Position numbers and translations under genes: made by a program. The notes under the pieces were generated by a model, which saw only the letters and a list, made by a program, of their open reading frames with translations, was not told the origin of the DNA and ran no database searches. Below, piece after piece: positions 49,120 to 61,700 of a stretch of DNA of 64,000 bases. Source of the DNA: Hemiscyllium ocellatum (taxonomy: Eukaryota); the NCBI RefSeq assembly GCF_020745735.1, contig NC_083412.1:24059181-24123180 (forward strand), in the 5' to 3' direction. Positions within the stretch are counted from its first letter, which is position 1. The number at the start of each line of letters is the position of its first letter.

Positions 49120-49250
49120 NNNNNNNNNNNNNNNNNNNNNNNNNNNNNNNNNNNNNNNNNNNNNNNNNNNNNNNNNNNNNNNNNNNNNNNNNNNNNNNNN
49201 NNNNNNNNNNNNNNNNNNNNNNNNNNNNNNNNNNNNNNNNNNNNNNNNNN
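49120..49250. other. Assembly gap (131 N)
   Basis: Run of n. Confidence 0.99.
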
Positions 49251-50094
49251 AGGTATTGTCAGGCCCCTGGCAGTGAAGCAGAATGCAATGTAGTGGCAGT
49301 GTGCTTCATGATAGCAGGGAATGTAGCTAGCCTAAGGAGCCATAGGTCCGGGTTTGCTGTTCCTCCACCCACAGGCAAGTGCTCACCCTGGCCCTCTTTG
49401 CAACAAGAGTACCTGTGTCAAGTAATGATGTGGCGAGGAATTTAAGCAGCAGCAGCAGATTGTTCAAGGAATAATGTGTTGGGGCTGCTTCAGTGAATCT
49501 GCACTGTTCAATCCTTTATTGAAAGAATTCCAAGTTGAAGGAAAAGTTAGGAGCAATTTATTTTTACCCAGATACCAGTTAGAACGTGAAACCTTTTACC
49601 ATCAATGTAGCAAGTAGCTTAGATGCATTTAATGGGAAGCCATATATAAGTATTTGATGGGGAAAACAAAGACGAGATATGTTCAGAGGGTTAAGCTGAG
49701 GAGTGGTGGATTTTTTTATATGCCGTAAATTCTATTCTAATTGCCTTTTATCTTGGTCTCAAAAATGAGAAGCAGTCGGAAGTCTTCAAACAATATTAAA
49801 AAAAAATTTGCTAGTGACCAAATAATTATTGATATTATAGAGTCATAGAGCACAGAAACAGACACTTCAGTCCAACTTGTCCATATCAACCAGGTTTCCC
49901 AAAATAAACTAGTCCCAAATGCCGGCATTTGTCTATATCCTCTAGTTTTAATCTTGTCCACCTTAGCCAAAAGACCTTTGCTAGTCACCTTATCTACGGC
50001 TCTGGTGCATGCACCTATGTGCAGCACATGCATGGACAGTATTTGGAAGCAGAATGCTGGACTTCCGTACTTGGAGAAGTGAAGCCAAAGGTGA

Positions 50095-50926
50095 TACTGA
50101 CTGGTCTATGGAATTCAACGTGAGCAAATGCGAGGTCTTGCACTTTGGCAAAAAGAATAAAAGCATAGACTACTTTCTAAACGGTGAGAAAATTCGTAAA
50201 GCCAAAGTACAAATGGATCTGGGAGTGCTAGTCGAGGATTCTCTAAAGGTAAACATGCAGGTTGAGTCCATGATTAAGAAAGCGAATACAATGTTGTCAC
50301 TTATCTCAAGAGGGTTGGAATATAAAAGCACCCTTGTGCTACTGAGACTTTATAAAGCTCTGGTTAGGCCCCATTTGGAGTACTGTGTCCAATTTTGGTC
50401 CCCACACCTCAGGAAGGATATACTGGCACTGGAACGTGTCCAGCGGAGATTCACACGGATGATCCCTGGAATGGTTGATCTAACATACGAGGAATGGCTG
50501 AGGATCCTGGGATTGTAGTCATTGGAGTTTAGAAGATTAAGGGGAGACTTAATAGAAACTTACAAGATAATACACGGCTTGGAAAGGGTGGACACTAGGA
50601 AATTTTTTTCGTTAGGCGAGGAGACTAGGACCGTGGACACAGCCTTAAAATTAGAGGGGATCAATTCAGAACAGAAATGCGGAGACATTTCTTCAGCCAG
50701 AGAGTGGTGAGCCTGTGGAATTCATTGCCGCAAAGTGCAGTGGAGGCTGGGACGCTAAATGTCTTCAAGGCAGAGATTGATAGATTCTTGATGTCACAAG
50801 GAATTAAGGGCTACGGGGAGAATGCTGGTAAGTGGAGTTGAAATGCCCATCAGCCATGTTTGAATGGCGGAGTGGACTCGATGGGCCAAATGGCCTTACT
50901 TCCACTCCTATGTCTTATGGTCTTAT
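50095..50926 (+). mobile_element. CR1 LINE of a different subfamily (tail ctcctatgtcttatggtctta); short opposite-strand CR1 tail at about 49835-49995
   Basis: WSMEFNVSKCEVLHFG...LYKALVRPHLEYCVQFWSP. Confidence 0.88.
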
Positions 50927-51169
50927 TTCACTATTTGGGTTAACTTAGTGAAGACTAACGATGTAATATGGATCCTTGCAGAGCTCGGGGTGACATCTTA
51001 ACGTGATTGTACTCCGCACTGGTGAAGGAGAAATGACTAGTTTGTAAAATATAATTCTGTGAAAGGAATTTAAAAGAAAAATTGCTGGCAAAGAATATTA
51101 ATGCCAAGATAATATTGGACTGCTTCAATTTGGCAAGCTGAAGGCCAGCAATCTAGCCATTCTGGATTA

Positions 51170-51384
51170 CAGGTCGTTCTGCTATAACATGTTTCGTTAA
51201 CACATTCACTGTAATGCAATTGCTGGATTGGGGATGCTGTTTCTAAAGCACGAACTTTTAAAACATGTGTTGGCTGTAACACGACTACATCACCAACACT
51301 TTAAGCGCTGTTTCTAAAGTGCGATTATTCTAGAACATGGGGTTGCACAACAATGCAACCATTGCATTGTAGAAGAACTGACTG
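51170..51384. mobile_element. Tc1/mariner-pogo (Tigger-like) MITE
   Basis: TA on both flanks (51168-69, 51385-86). Imperfect TIRs CAGGTCGTTCTGCTATAAC / CAGTCAGTTCTTCTACAAT. Confidence 0.65.
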
Positions 51385-52394
51385 TACTGGATGCAAGATG
51401 ACCACAGAACCAACAGGAATCTTGGTGACTCATGTGCAAGCCTGCATCTTTCTTTCATGTCCAGAATTCCATATATACATGTTATAAGAAGACCCAACTT
51501 TCTAAATTCCCAATGTTTCACCATCTGTGTTATTTGTGAAATTTATCTTAAGAGAGACAATGCTTCATGCACAACCCATTAATGCTCTCATATTTCATTG
51601 CCTTCTTGAAGAGTAGAACAATTTGAATTGTTAGGTCTTTTACGCATTCTTATTGAGATATTTCCGGGTTCCACAGGCTGAACTGAAATACCTTATATTT
51701 ATTTGACTTCAGGGCTGTTCCAAATCACTTTACAGCTCACAAAGTAATGTTAATGTTGTTTTAATGTGGGGAATATAGCAGCCAATTTGCACACAGTGAA
51801 AGCAATGGCCAGGTAATCTGTTTTACCAGTTTTTAGCCATGACAGAGGGCAGGATTTTCCTGCCCTTGGACATAGTGAAAAGGGCAAGTAATTGTGAGGC
51901 TTGACCACAGACAGCTATCCGGCCACCCCCTCTGGGCACCTCAGTAATTAAGTTCTGGGTGTAAAAGTTCCATGTTTGAACTTCCAGACACACTCTCAAG
52001 TCAGTCGATGGCCACTCAAAGGCCTCAGTCCCACCACAGACTGGATTACCAATCCTCCTAATGGGTGAAAACAAAATGGCTGGCTTTCTATCTAGGAAAA
52101 CATGGCTGCCAGCCTGTCATGGCTAAAAACTGGTATTTGTGACCTCAAGAAGAGTCCAGGATTGATTATCCAATTGGCACTTCTGACTGAATGTGGATGC
52201 AAATGCTTCAGCCACGTCATTTGCATTGTTGTGCAGGGCTCCCTATCACTGAGGATGGGAATATTTACGGAGCCTGTCCCTCAAGTGAGTTGTTTAATTG
52301 TCTACCACCATTCATGCCTGAATGTGACAGCACTGCAGAGCTTAGATCTAATCCATTGGTAGTGGGACTAATGCTGTTTGGCATGCAAGTAATC

Positions 52395-54800
52395 ATAGGG
52401 TCATAGAGATGTACAGCACGGAAATAGACCCTTTGGTCCAACTCATTCATGCCGACCAGATATCTTAAATCAATTTAGTCCTATATTCCAGCATTTGGCC
52501 CATATCCCTCTCAACCCTTCAACCGGATGCCTTTTAAATGTTGCAATTGTACCAACCTCCACCACTTCCTCTGGCAGCTTATTCCATACACGCACCACCC
52601 TCTGTGTGGAAAGGCTGCCCCTTAGGCCCCTTTTAAATCTTTCCTGTCTCACCTTAATCTTATGCCCTCTAATTTGGACTCCCCAGCCCCGTGGAAAAGA
52701 CTTTGTCTATTTACCCTATCCATGCCCCTTCATGATTTTATAAATCTCTATAAGGTCACCCTTCAGCCTCTGATGCTCCTTCATTGAAGTTGAAAACAAC
52801 TTCAGTTATTCAGCCTCTCCCTATAGCTCAAACCCACCAACACTGGCAACATCCTTGTAAATCTTTTCTGAACCTTTTTGAGTTTCACGACATTCTTTCT
52901 ATGGTAGGGAGACCAGAATTGAACATAGTATTCCAAAAGTGGCCTCACCAATGTCCTGTATAACTGCAGCATGACCTCCCAACTCCTCTACTCAATGCAC
53001 TGGCCAATAAAGGCAAGCATACCAAAGCCTTCTTCACTATCTTGTCTACAAAGTTTGTGTGAAGATTTGTAGCTCGGGTGCTCGTTGTTGTGGTTCTGTT
53101 CGCCGAGCTGGAAGTTTTTGTTGCAAACATTTCGTCCCCTGGCTAGGCGACATCATCAGTGCTTTGGAGCCTCCTGCGAAGCTTCTTTGATGTTTCTTCC
53201 GGTATTTATAGTGGTCTGTCCTTGCCGCTTCCAGGTGTCAGTTTCAGCTGTCCGCTCTCGTGGTTGGTATATTGGGTCCAGGTCGATGTGTCTGTTGATG
53301 GAGTTTGTGGATGAATGCCATGCCTCTAGGAATTCCCTGGCTGTTTTCTGTCTGGCTTGCCCTATGATAGTAGTGTTGTCCCAGTCGAATTCATGTTGCT
53401 TGTTGTCTGCGTGTGTGGCTACTAGGGATAGCTGGTCATGTCGTTTCATGGCTAGTTGATGTTCATGTATGCGGATTGTTAGCTGTCTTCCTGTGTGTCC
53501 TATATAGTGTTTTGTGCAGTCCTTGCATGGTATTTTGTACACCACATTAGTTTTGCTCATGTTGGGTATCGGTCCTTCGTTCTAGTAAGTTGTTGTCTGA
53601 GCGTGGCTGTTGGTTTGTGTGCCGTTATGAGTCCTAAGGGTCGCAGTAGTCTGGCTGTCAGTTCTGAAATGCTCCTGATGTATGGTAGTGTGGCTAGTCC
53701 TTTTGGTTGTGGCATGTCCTCGTTCCGTGGTCTTTCTCTTAGGCATCTGTTGATGAAGTTGCGCGGGTATCCGTTTTTGGCGAATACCTTGTATAGGTGT
53801 TCCTCTTCTTCTTTTTGCAGTTCTGGTGTGCTGCAGTGTGTTGTGGCCCTTTTGAATAGTGTCCTGATGCAGCTTCGTTTGTGTGTGTTGGGGTGGTTAC
53901 TTTCATAGTTTAGGACTTGGTCTGTGTGTGTTGCTTTCCTGTATACCCTTGTGGTGAATTCTCCGTTCGGTGTTCTCTGTACTATCACGTCTAGGAATGG
54001 GAGTTGGCTGTCCTTTTCTTCTTCTCTCGTGAATCGGATTCCTGTGAGTGTGGCGTTGAAGATCCGGTGTGTTTTTTCTATTTCCGTGTTTTTGATGATT
54101 ACAAACGTGTCATCGACATATCTGACCCAGAGTTTGGGTTGAATTTGTGGTAGGACTGTTTGTTCTAACCTTTGCATAACTGCCTCTGCTATGAGTCCCG
54201 AGATTGGTGATCCCATGGGTGTTCCGTTGATTTGTTCGTATATCTGATTGTTGAATGTAAAGTGTGTAGTGAGGCACAAGTCCAGTAATTTAAGTATGCC
54301 GTCTTTGTTGATAGGTTCCGCGTCCTGGTTTCTGTTCTGTATGTCCAGTAGGTTGGCTATTGTTTCTCTGGCTAGGGTTTTGTCAATCGAAGTGAACAGT
54401 GCCATCACGTCGAATGAGATCATGGTTTCTTCTTTGTCTATGTGTATATTTCTGATGATGTTCAAGAATTCCTGTGTTGATTGTATGGAGTGTTTGGATC
54501 CGCTGACCAGGTGTTTCAGTTTCTGTTGTAGTTGTTTGGCCAGTTTGTATGATGGTGTCCCTGGTAGTGATACTATGGGTCTGAGTGGGATCTTGTCTAC
54601 CTCTGACTCCACTTTCAAGGAACCTTGAATATGCACTGCAAGGTGTCTTTGTTCAGCAACACTCCCCAAGATCTTACCATTAAGTGTATAAGTCCTGCCC
54701 TGATGTGCCTTTCCAAAATGTAGCACCTAACATTTATCTAAATTAAACTCCATCTGCTACTCCTTGGCCCATTGACCCACCCACCTGATCACCCTGTTCT
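52395..54800 (-). mobile_element. CR1/HER1 LINE split by the Penelope insertion (52395-53049 and 54590-54800)
   Basis: The two halves are contiguous CR1 sequence (...LKVESEVDK | IVKKA...). Confidence 0.9.
53050..54589 (-). mobile_element. Penelope-like retroelement, same family, nested in CR1
   Basis: RT motifs (GTPMGSPISG, YVDD) and GIY-YIG (VYKIPCKDC..YIGHTGR). 1-nt frameshift near 53570. Flanked by ATCTTGTCTAC at 53039-53049 and 54590-54600. Confidence 0.93.
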
Positions 54801-56569
54801 GTAACTTGGATACACCTACATTTTTAGGCATATCTGGTGCTGTTCCTGGCATGCCTCACTGCACACTTCATTGAACCCCTAGCATGATGGTAAAGATAGA
54901 GAGGGGGATGCGTTGGACCATAAGGTTGAATATAATTCTGAGGTGCTACTGATGGCCCACAGCATCTCATGAATGCATAGCTTTGAGCTGCTTAATCTAA
55001 TCCCTTTTAACACACAAACCAGTGGAGGATGTCGTCAATGTGAAGACAGGACTTTGTCTCCAAAAGGACTGTGCAGTCCTACGAATCTTGTCACGGACAG
55101 GTACATCTGGGTTGAGGATGAGGTTAACTAAGTCTTTAACCTTTGTTTTTCTCATTGTCTGCTATGGGTCCCAGTGTGATAGTTCAGCTAGCTTCCCCAG
55201 AGACGGTATTACCAAACTGTACTTGGTGATGGACATTCACATCCCTGGACAAGTGTACATTCTGTGCCCTTTCCCCTTTCAGAGCTTCATCAAAGTGGCA
55301 TTAAATATGGAAGAGAATGGATTCATCAGTTGAGAGTGGCTGTCAGGTAGTCATCAGAAGGAGATTTCCCTGTCCATGTTTGACCTGGGTTCAGATTGGT
55401 GGATTTCTCCTGCCAGTGGGACAGGACATACCCAGGGATGGCATCATTCTCATTCAGTTCTGCTGTTCTGGTTTGATATAACTGAAAGACTTGCTATCCC
55501 ATTTCAGAGAGCAGTCCCCAGTCAACCGCATTGTTGTGAGCTTGGAGTCTAACAGAAACAGATGTTCTCCCCTGAAGGTAGAAAGCCAGATTGCTTTTTA
55601 TAACAATCCAATCTATTCATGATCTTTATTAGTTATATTAACATCCACATTTATGAGATGGTTGACTTTAGATTTTACCAATGACTATGGTGAGATTTGA
55701 AGTTGTGACTCTGAAGCATTAACACAAGTCCTTGGATGAGTAATTCAACAACATTATGCTATTGTTCCCTGGCCTGTTGCATAATTGGCTACTTATCTGG
55801 ACCCACTTCTTACTTAGGTCTGAGGTGTTCCCACTCATCTTTAATCCTGCTCCTGGAAAGGCTGGAAAAAGGTGGGATCCTGAAGCAATCCCAAACGGAT
55901 CTCAAATTTCCAGAACCTTTTTAGACCCTGCTCACCCCGAAGCCCACCTGCAGAGGGCTGGGGAAATTCCACCTGTTAACTACTTCACTCTTTCTCACGG
56001 TTGCTGCCACCTGCTGAACATTTCCAGCAGCATTCGATCGAGGACAGTAATTGCACAGCCAGTTTCACACAGGAAGGCACGCGCAATTGGTAATTGCAAG
56101 GTACAGAGCACTCCTAGAGCAGCTCTCAATGAATGAAATCTGGGAATAGGAGTAAGTCTTTCAGCCCCTCAAACATGCTCCACAATTCAATTAGATCATG
56201 CTCAATCTCTACCTGAACTCCATTTGCTCGCCTTGCTTAACAAAAGCTAATCTGTCAAACACAGTAAAAGCAAACTGCTGCAGATGCTGGGAACCTGAAA
56301 TAAAAATAGAAAGTTCTAGAGAAACAGAAGTAACATTTCAAGTCTGTATGGCTCTTCTTCAGCACTCAAGTGCCTTAGAAATCTATTGTAATCTTCAGAA
56401 CATAATGAAGATAACATAGTCGACTGGGACCCGTAAACATTGTTCAACACACTTGTTTATGTGAGCCCAGTAGGAATAGCTAATGGAATAGTCCACGGGT
56501 TCTCTAGATAGTCTGAGAATTGGTTAATGACAAAAGCCAGGCAATTATAAATGGGAAGTAAGATCCATC

Positions 56570-57800
56570 GGACGTTGGAACAGATGGAGGCCATTCAACC
56601 AATCAAGTCTGTGCGGCCAGTGAAATTGTGGCTGATCTGATAATCTCCAACTCTACTTTCTTGCCTTTTCCCCAAAACCCTTGATTCCCTCAATGACCAA
56701 AAATCTGTCTATCTTAGGCTTAATTGCCCAGCCTCAGCAGCTGCCATGGTGAAGAACTCTACAAATTCATAATACTCTTGAGAGAAAAAAAAAACTCCTC
56801 ATTTCTGTGTTAAAAGAGTGACCTCTTAATCTGTGATTATCCCCTCTCATTTTAGACTCTCTCACAAAGTGGGAAACAACATCTCCTGTTAAATCAGCTA
56901 TGGGTCTTATATATTTCAAGGAGGTCACAGCTCATTCTTCGAAACTCTTTGAGTACAAATCCAACCCAACCTCTCCTTGTACAAAACTCCCTCCATACCT
57001 GGTGTCAGCCTAATGAATCTTCTCCAGACTGCTTCCAATGCCAGATAAGGTGGCCCAGAACTCTTCACAGAAGGCACTTTTGGAATATTGTGTGCAATTC
57101 TAGTCTCCTTCCTAGTGGAAGGAAGTTTTGAAACTTGAAAGTGTTCAGAAAATATTGATGAGGATATTGCCAGGATTGGATGGTTTGATCTGTAGGGAGA
57201 GGCTGGAATTGGCTGGGGCTGATTTCCCTGGAGCATCGGAGGCTGAGGGGTGACCTTATAGAGGTTTATAAAATCATGAGGGGCATGGATAGGGTAAATA
57301 GGCAAGGTCTTTTCCCTGGGTTGAGGGAGTCCAGAACTAGAGGGCATATAGGTTTAGGTTGAGAGGGGAAAGATTTAAAAGGGACATAAGGGGTAACTTT
57401 TACATGCAGAGGCTGGTTGGAATGAACTCATCAGAGGAAGTGGTGGAGGCTGGTACAGTTACAGCATTTAAAAGGCACCTGGATGGTTTCATGAATAAGA
57501 AGGGTTTAGAAGGACGTGGGGCAAATGCTGGCAAATGGGTCTACATTTATTTAGGATATCTGGTCAGCACGGATGAGTTGGACCGAAGTGTCTGTTTCCG
57601 TGCTGTACATCGCTATGACTGCATAACTGTGGTCTGAGTAGTGCCCTTTACAGTTTCAGCAAAGCCCCCCTACTTGTATATTTCATTGCCTTTGAAATAA
57701 AGACCAATGTTCCATTTGCCTTCCCTAGTACCAACTGAACTGGGATGCGAGCTTTTTGTGAAGTACACTGCTCAGGAAAATTTAACAAGTTGTGATTCAC
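56570..57800. mobile_element. Old minus-strand CR1 containing a younger plus-strand CR1 3' fragment (about 57075-57625)
   Basis: ALEAVWRRFIRLTPGM on the minus strand; conserved HER1-like tail on the plus strand. Confidence 0.7.
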
Positions 57801-58899
57801 AGAGTGGATACAATAATATTACATTTGCTGATGGCAGGAGTAATTTAATGCTGATCATTATATAGTGGATTATTCCCAGAGATTTTGATCATTTGTGTGA
57901 TGATTTTCAATGCAAATGGATGTCAAGGTTCAGAGTGGTCAGGTTGATTTCAGGCTTTTGGGCCTACATTACATAATGTTGGAAAAAGACTGAGAAAGGA
58001 CATGATATTGGTTTCGAAATAATAGGTAAGTTAGAGGTTAAGTTTTGTACACACCAGAAGGGCAACAGCTCTTCAGGAAGGCAGCTTGCCATCACCTTTT
58101 TGAGGACAGTTAGGGAAGGGCAAAGGCCTAGCCAGCAATGTCCACATCACATTAGTATAAAAGAAAATAAGTAACTTCCTTAAGAAGGACATTGCAAAGA
58201 CTCTGGCCGATGACACCTTATTATAATGGCAGTCTCTTCATGCTCCCAACTTTCATATAAAATTTCTTGAGGGAACATCATCAAATGAAATTTGACTGCA
58301 ATACATAAGCAGATAATAGGTCAGACAACCAAAAGCAAGGTAAGGTTTAAAGAACATTGTAAAGGAGGAGTATGTGGTGGAAAAATAGAAATGTTTAGGA
58401 ATTTACGGCTTAGATAGTTGAAAGCATTCCGACAGACCATGGAGTGATTAAAGTCAGGATTAAGACCATAGGAAATAGGAATGGGAGTGGGCTATTTGGC
58501 TCCTTGAACATGCTCTTCCATTAAATAGGATCATGGCTGATCTGACATTCCTCACACCCACTTTCCTGCATTTTCCCTGTAACGCCAATGTGCATGGGAA
58601 TACAGTTGACTGCCCATGGAGTTCCCAAAGGGTGTGTGCGTGTCTGTGTGTTGGTGGAAGAGAGTGTGCCGTATAAATGAATTTCAAGTCGAAGATTTTG
58701 AAATGATTGCGTTACTGAACCAGGGTCCAGTTGAGGTTGTTGAGCACAGGGATGATGGTCTTGGCACCAGTTACTGGATGGGCAGCATCTCCCTTTGGTG
58801 AACTCAGGCTTACATAGGGTGCATGACGAAAGGCTGGACTCGAAGAGCATTGTATTATTCCCAGCTAGAGGGAACAAAGCCTTGTGTTTCAGCAGATCG

Positions 58900-60110
58900 T
58901 GGGTGGAGTGCTGAGGAGGTAGTTGCTCTTGCTCACGGAGCAGATATATAGTTGAAAATTCATCTTGGATTCAAATAAGAACTGAAGCTCATGAAAGGCT
59001 TGCTTTGACAACAGGTAGTCACTAGAGAGATGGATGGAAATGATGGTTAAGGAACAGAGTTTATAATAGGACAAAGGGCAGTGGTTTTTGTCTTCCCAAT
59101 ATATAGTTGGAGGAAATTTGTGCTCACTGGATGTTGGAAGTAGTGTGACAAAACCAGATAGAGTGGAATGGTCAGGAGGTATTGGTAAATGCCATTAGCC
59201 TATCTGCAACTTGATGCAGCAGTTTTGAGTGAGGATTATTGAGGATCAGCATGCAGGTGAGGAATAAAAGAAAGGCAGAGCTAGACTTTATGGGGACAGC
59301 ATAGACAGGAATGCAGTAAATGGGTGGGAGGGGAGAAAGGGAAGAAGCCTTTTCAACTGATTCTGGGGGGGGATTAAATGGATAAAATGGAGTCCACTAA
59401 ATTGGAAAGTGACGTCATATTCAAAGATCTCAGGCAAGAAAGGGAGGCAGAACGTCAATGATGGACAGGTCATTGATCTTTTTTGAGGAGGGGAGTGATT
59501 ACAGCAAACTCAAAGGAAAGGGAGAGAGCATCTGAGAAGTGGGAACATTTTATCAAAATCAGCCAACATGTGGGCCAGGAAAGCAAGTTAGACATTTTGC
59601 TGGGAATAGGATTAGGAGGACAGATGAGCTCAAAGAGAGGATAATGGGAGATGGGAAAGAAAGTAAAGGGAAATACAAGTTCAGGTCTTGGGCAAAGAGA
59701 ACCTTTGGGAAGATTGGTCGTGGGAGTGGGGGCTACAAAAAGGAAGGCAAAGGCAGCTGAATGGATGACCTCAATTGTTGTGGCACGGAAGTCCATGAGG
59801 CCCTTGTATTTGCTGTTGGAAATATGGAGAGGAGTTTAAGAAGATGGTGTATCACAAAAAGAAGCTTTGGATTGTTTTTGCATCCAGGATCTTGGGAATT
59901 GTGAGAAGTTTTGACAGAGGAGAGCAGAACCTGATGGACCATTATGTGGTTGAGTCAGACTTGGCCATGAATGGTTAAACCCGTTGACTTCCAGAGAGAC
60001 CCAAGTCAGAGCTGTTGAATCTATGGGAGTACAGAAGAGGCTGTGCTGATGTGATATAGCACATTGGGACAAGGATGTCAAAGATGGAGCAGGGGCTGTG
60101 TTTGATCAAG
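58900..60110 (-). mobile_element. Degenerate L2 LINE
   Basis: FEFAVITPLLKK resembles L2 ORF2 'FKxAxITPLLKK'; purine-rich plus strand. Confidence 0.5.
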
Positions 60111-60274
60111 TTGAGTTGCACAGCAAGCTCCCATGAGCAACAATACCATAAATGTCACCCACTTTTGCATTTGTGAGAGGCTAAGGCTAAATATTGACCA
60201 TGAACACGTTTGGGGGGAGTGGTAACACCCCTGTTCTTCTTCAAAATGATATTAACCACCTGAGAGATATGATG

Positions 60275-60590
60275 ACTCAGTGGTTACCACTGCTGCTTCA
60301 CAGTGCTAGGGACCCAGTTCGATTCCAGCCTCGGGTGTCAGTCTGGGTGGGGTTTGCATATCCTCCCTGTGTCTGTGTGGGTTCCCTTCCTCAGTCCAAA
60401 GACCTGCAGGTTAGGTGGACAGGCCATGCTAAATTGCCCCATGGTGTCCATGGATGTGCAGGTTAGGTTGGTTAGCCATGGGGAATGCAGCTAAAGGGTT
60501 AGGGTGGGTCTTGGATGGGATGCTCTTTGGAGGGGCGACGTGGACTCGATGGGCTGAAGGGCCTGCCCTCACACTGCAGGGATTCGATTT
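60275..60590 (+). mobile_element. HE1-type V-SINE, degraded
   Basis: ctcagtggttaccactgctgcttcacagtgctagggacccagttcgattccagcctcggg. Confidence 0.75.
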
Positions 60591-60699
60591 TTATAAACCA
60601 GGGCCGGGAGACAGCTGCTCTGACAGTGCTGCACTAGGACTGAGTGCACTGGAGAGTCAAAACCAGTTCTGCAGCCTCAAGATCCTCAAGCCTCCCAAA

Positions 60700-61700
60700 A
60701 TGAAGCGACATGCAGCATTTTCGAAGCAGCTCCGTTTTCGTTTCTAACAACAAAACGAAGCAGCAGCAGCAGCAGCGCCAGATGACTATATATTCCGAGC
60801 TTTCCTGTTCCAACTGGCATTGGGGCTGGGAGTTTCTTTCCAGGCAGGACACATTCCAGGCACAGCTTTTGCAAAGTCAATCCTGCATCAGTCAGAAAGG
60901 GAGAGAGAGAGAAAGAACACAGTGGGGAGAAAGAAAGGAGTTCCCTCTTTCTGAATTCTGGTTGTTTTTTTTGTGTGGAAAAGTGCAGAGAGATTTGGGG
61001 GCCGGGAGTTATGAATAAGTGATCACCTCAGAGAGAGAGACAGAGGGGGGGAAAAAAAAAGTTTTATGCAAATAGCCATCCCCATATGGAATAAGGCAGC
61101 GATCCCGGGTCAACAGCGACGCAACATGGACGAGTGGAGCTGAGGGGGAAGGGAGCAATGAGAGTGGAAGCGGCCGCTCTGGGAGGCAGCAGTGCAGGCA
61201 TCGGAGCCGCTCTTTCGGGGGAATGTGCTAGGGCAGTGAGCACCGAGCGATGCCGAGGAGGAGGTCGAGCGGAGAGCTGCCGCTGCCCAATGGCTGGGAG
61301 GAGGCGCGCGATTTCGACGGCAGGGTCTTCTACATCGACCACAACACCCGGCAGACGAGCTGGATCGACCCGCGGGACAGGTACACACACACACACAGGC
61401 GCTTGTTTGGCTCTCTCTCTCTCTTCTGCCTTTTTTTGGTTTGTTTGTTGGTTGGTTACTTTGTCCCTCTCGGTTCAAACTGAGCCGCACTCGCTCTAAC
61501 TTTCCCCGCAGAGAGTCAGTGTAACTCCCGAAAGTGGTTACATTTCAGCTCTTTCCCCTTCTCGCCTGCAACAATGTGTCGCTGGGCGGCGGGGGGAGCA
61601 CTGCAGCTCCCTCGCCCCTTGACAGAAAGGCAGGCAACTCCCGAGGGTGCCTGTCACTCGGCCACTCTTCGCCCTCCCTTACTTTCCCCAAACACTCCCC
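60700..61700 (+). promoter_or_regulatory. CpG-enriched promoter/5' region of WWC3
   Basis: Local CpG enrichment, GA-rich tracts, octamer ATGCAAAT at 61066-61073, TEAD-type ACATTCCA at 60851-60858 and GGAATGT at 61220-61226. Confidence 0.55.
61250..61380 (+). CDS. WWC3: WWC/KIBRA family first coding exon (WW domain 1)
   Basis: [43 protein letters not shown](R), then donor AG|GTACAC at 61381; CpG-rich. The paralogue is assigned by synteny with SHROOM2-CLDN34. Confidence 0.88.
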
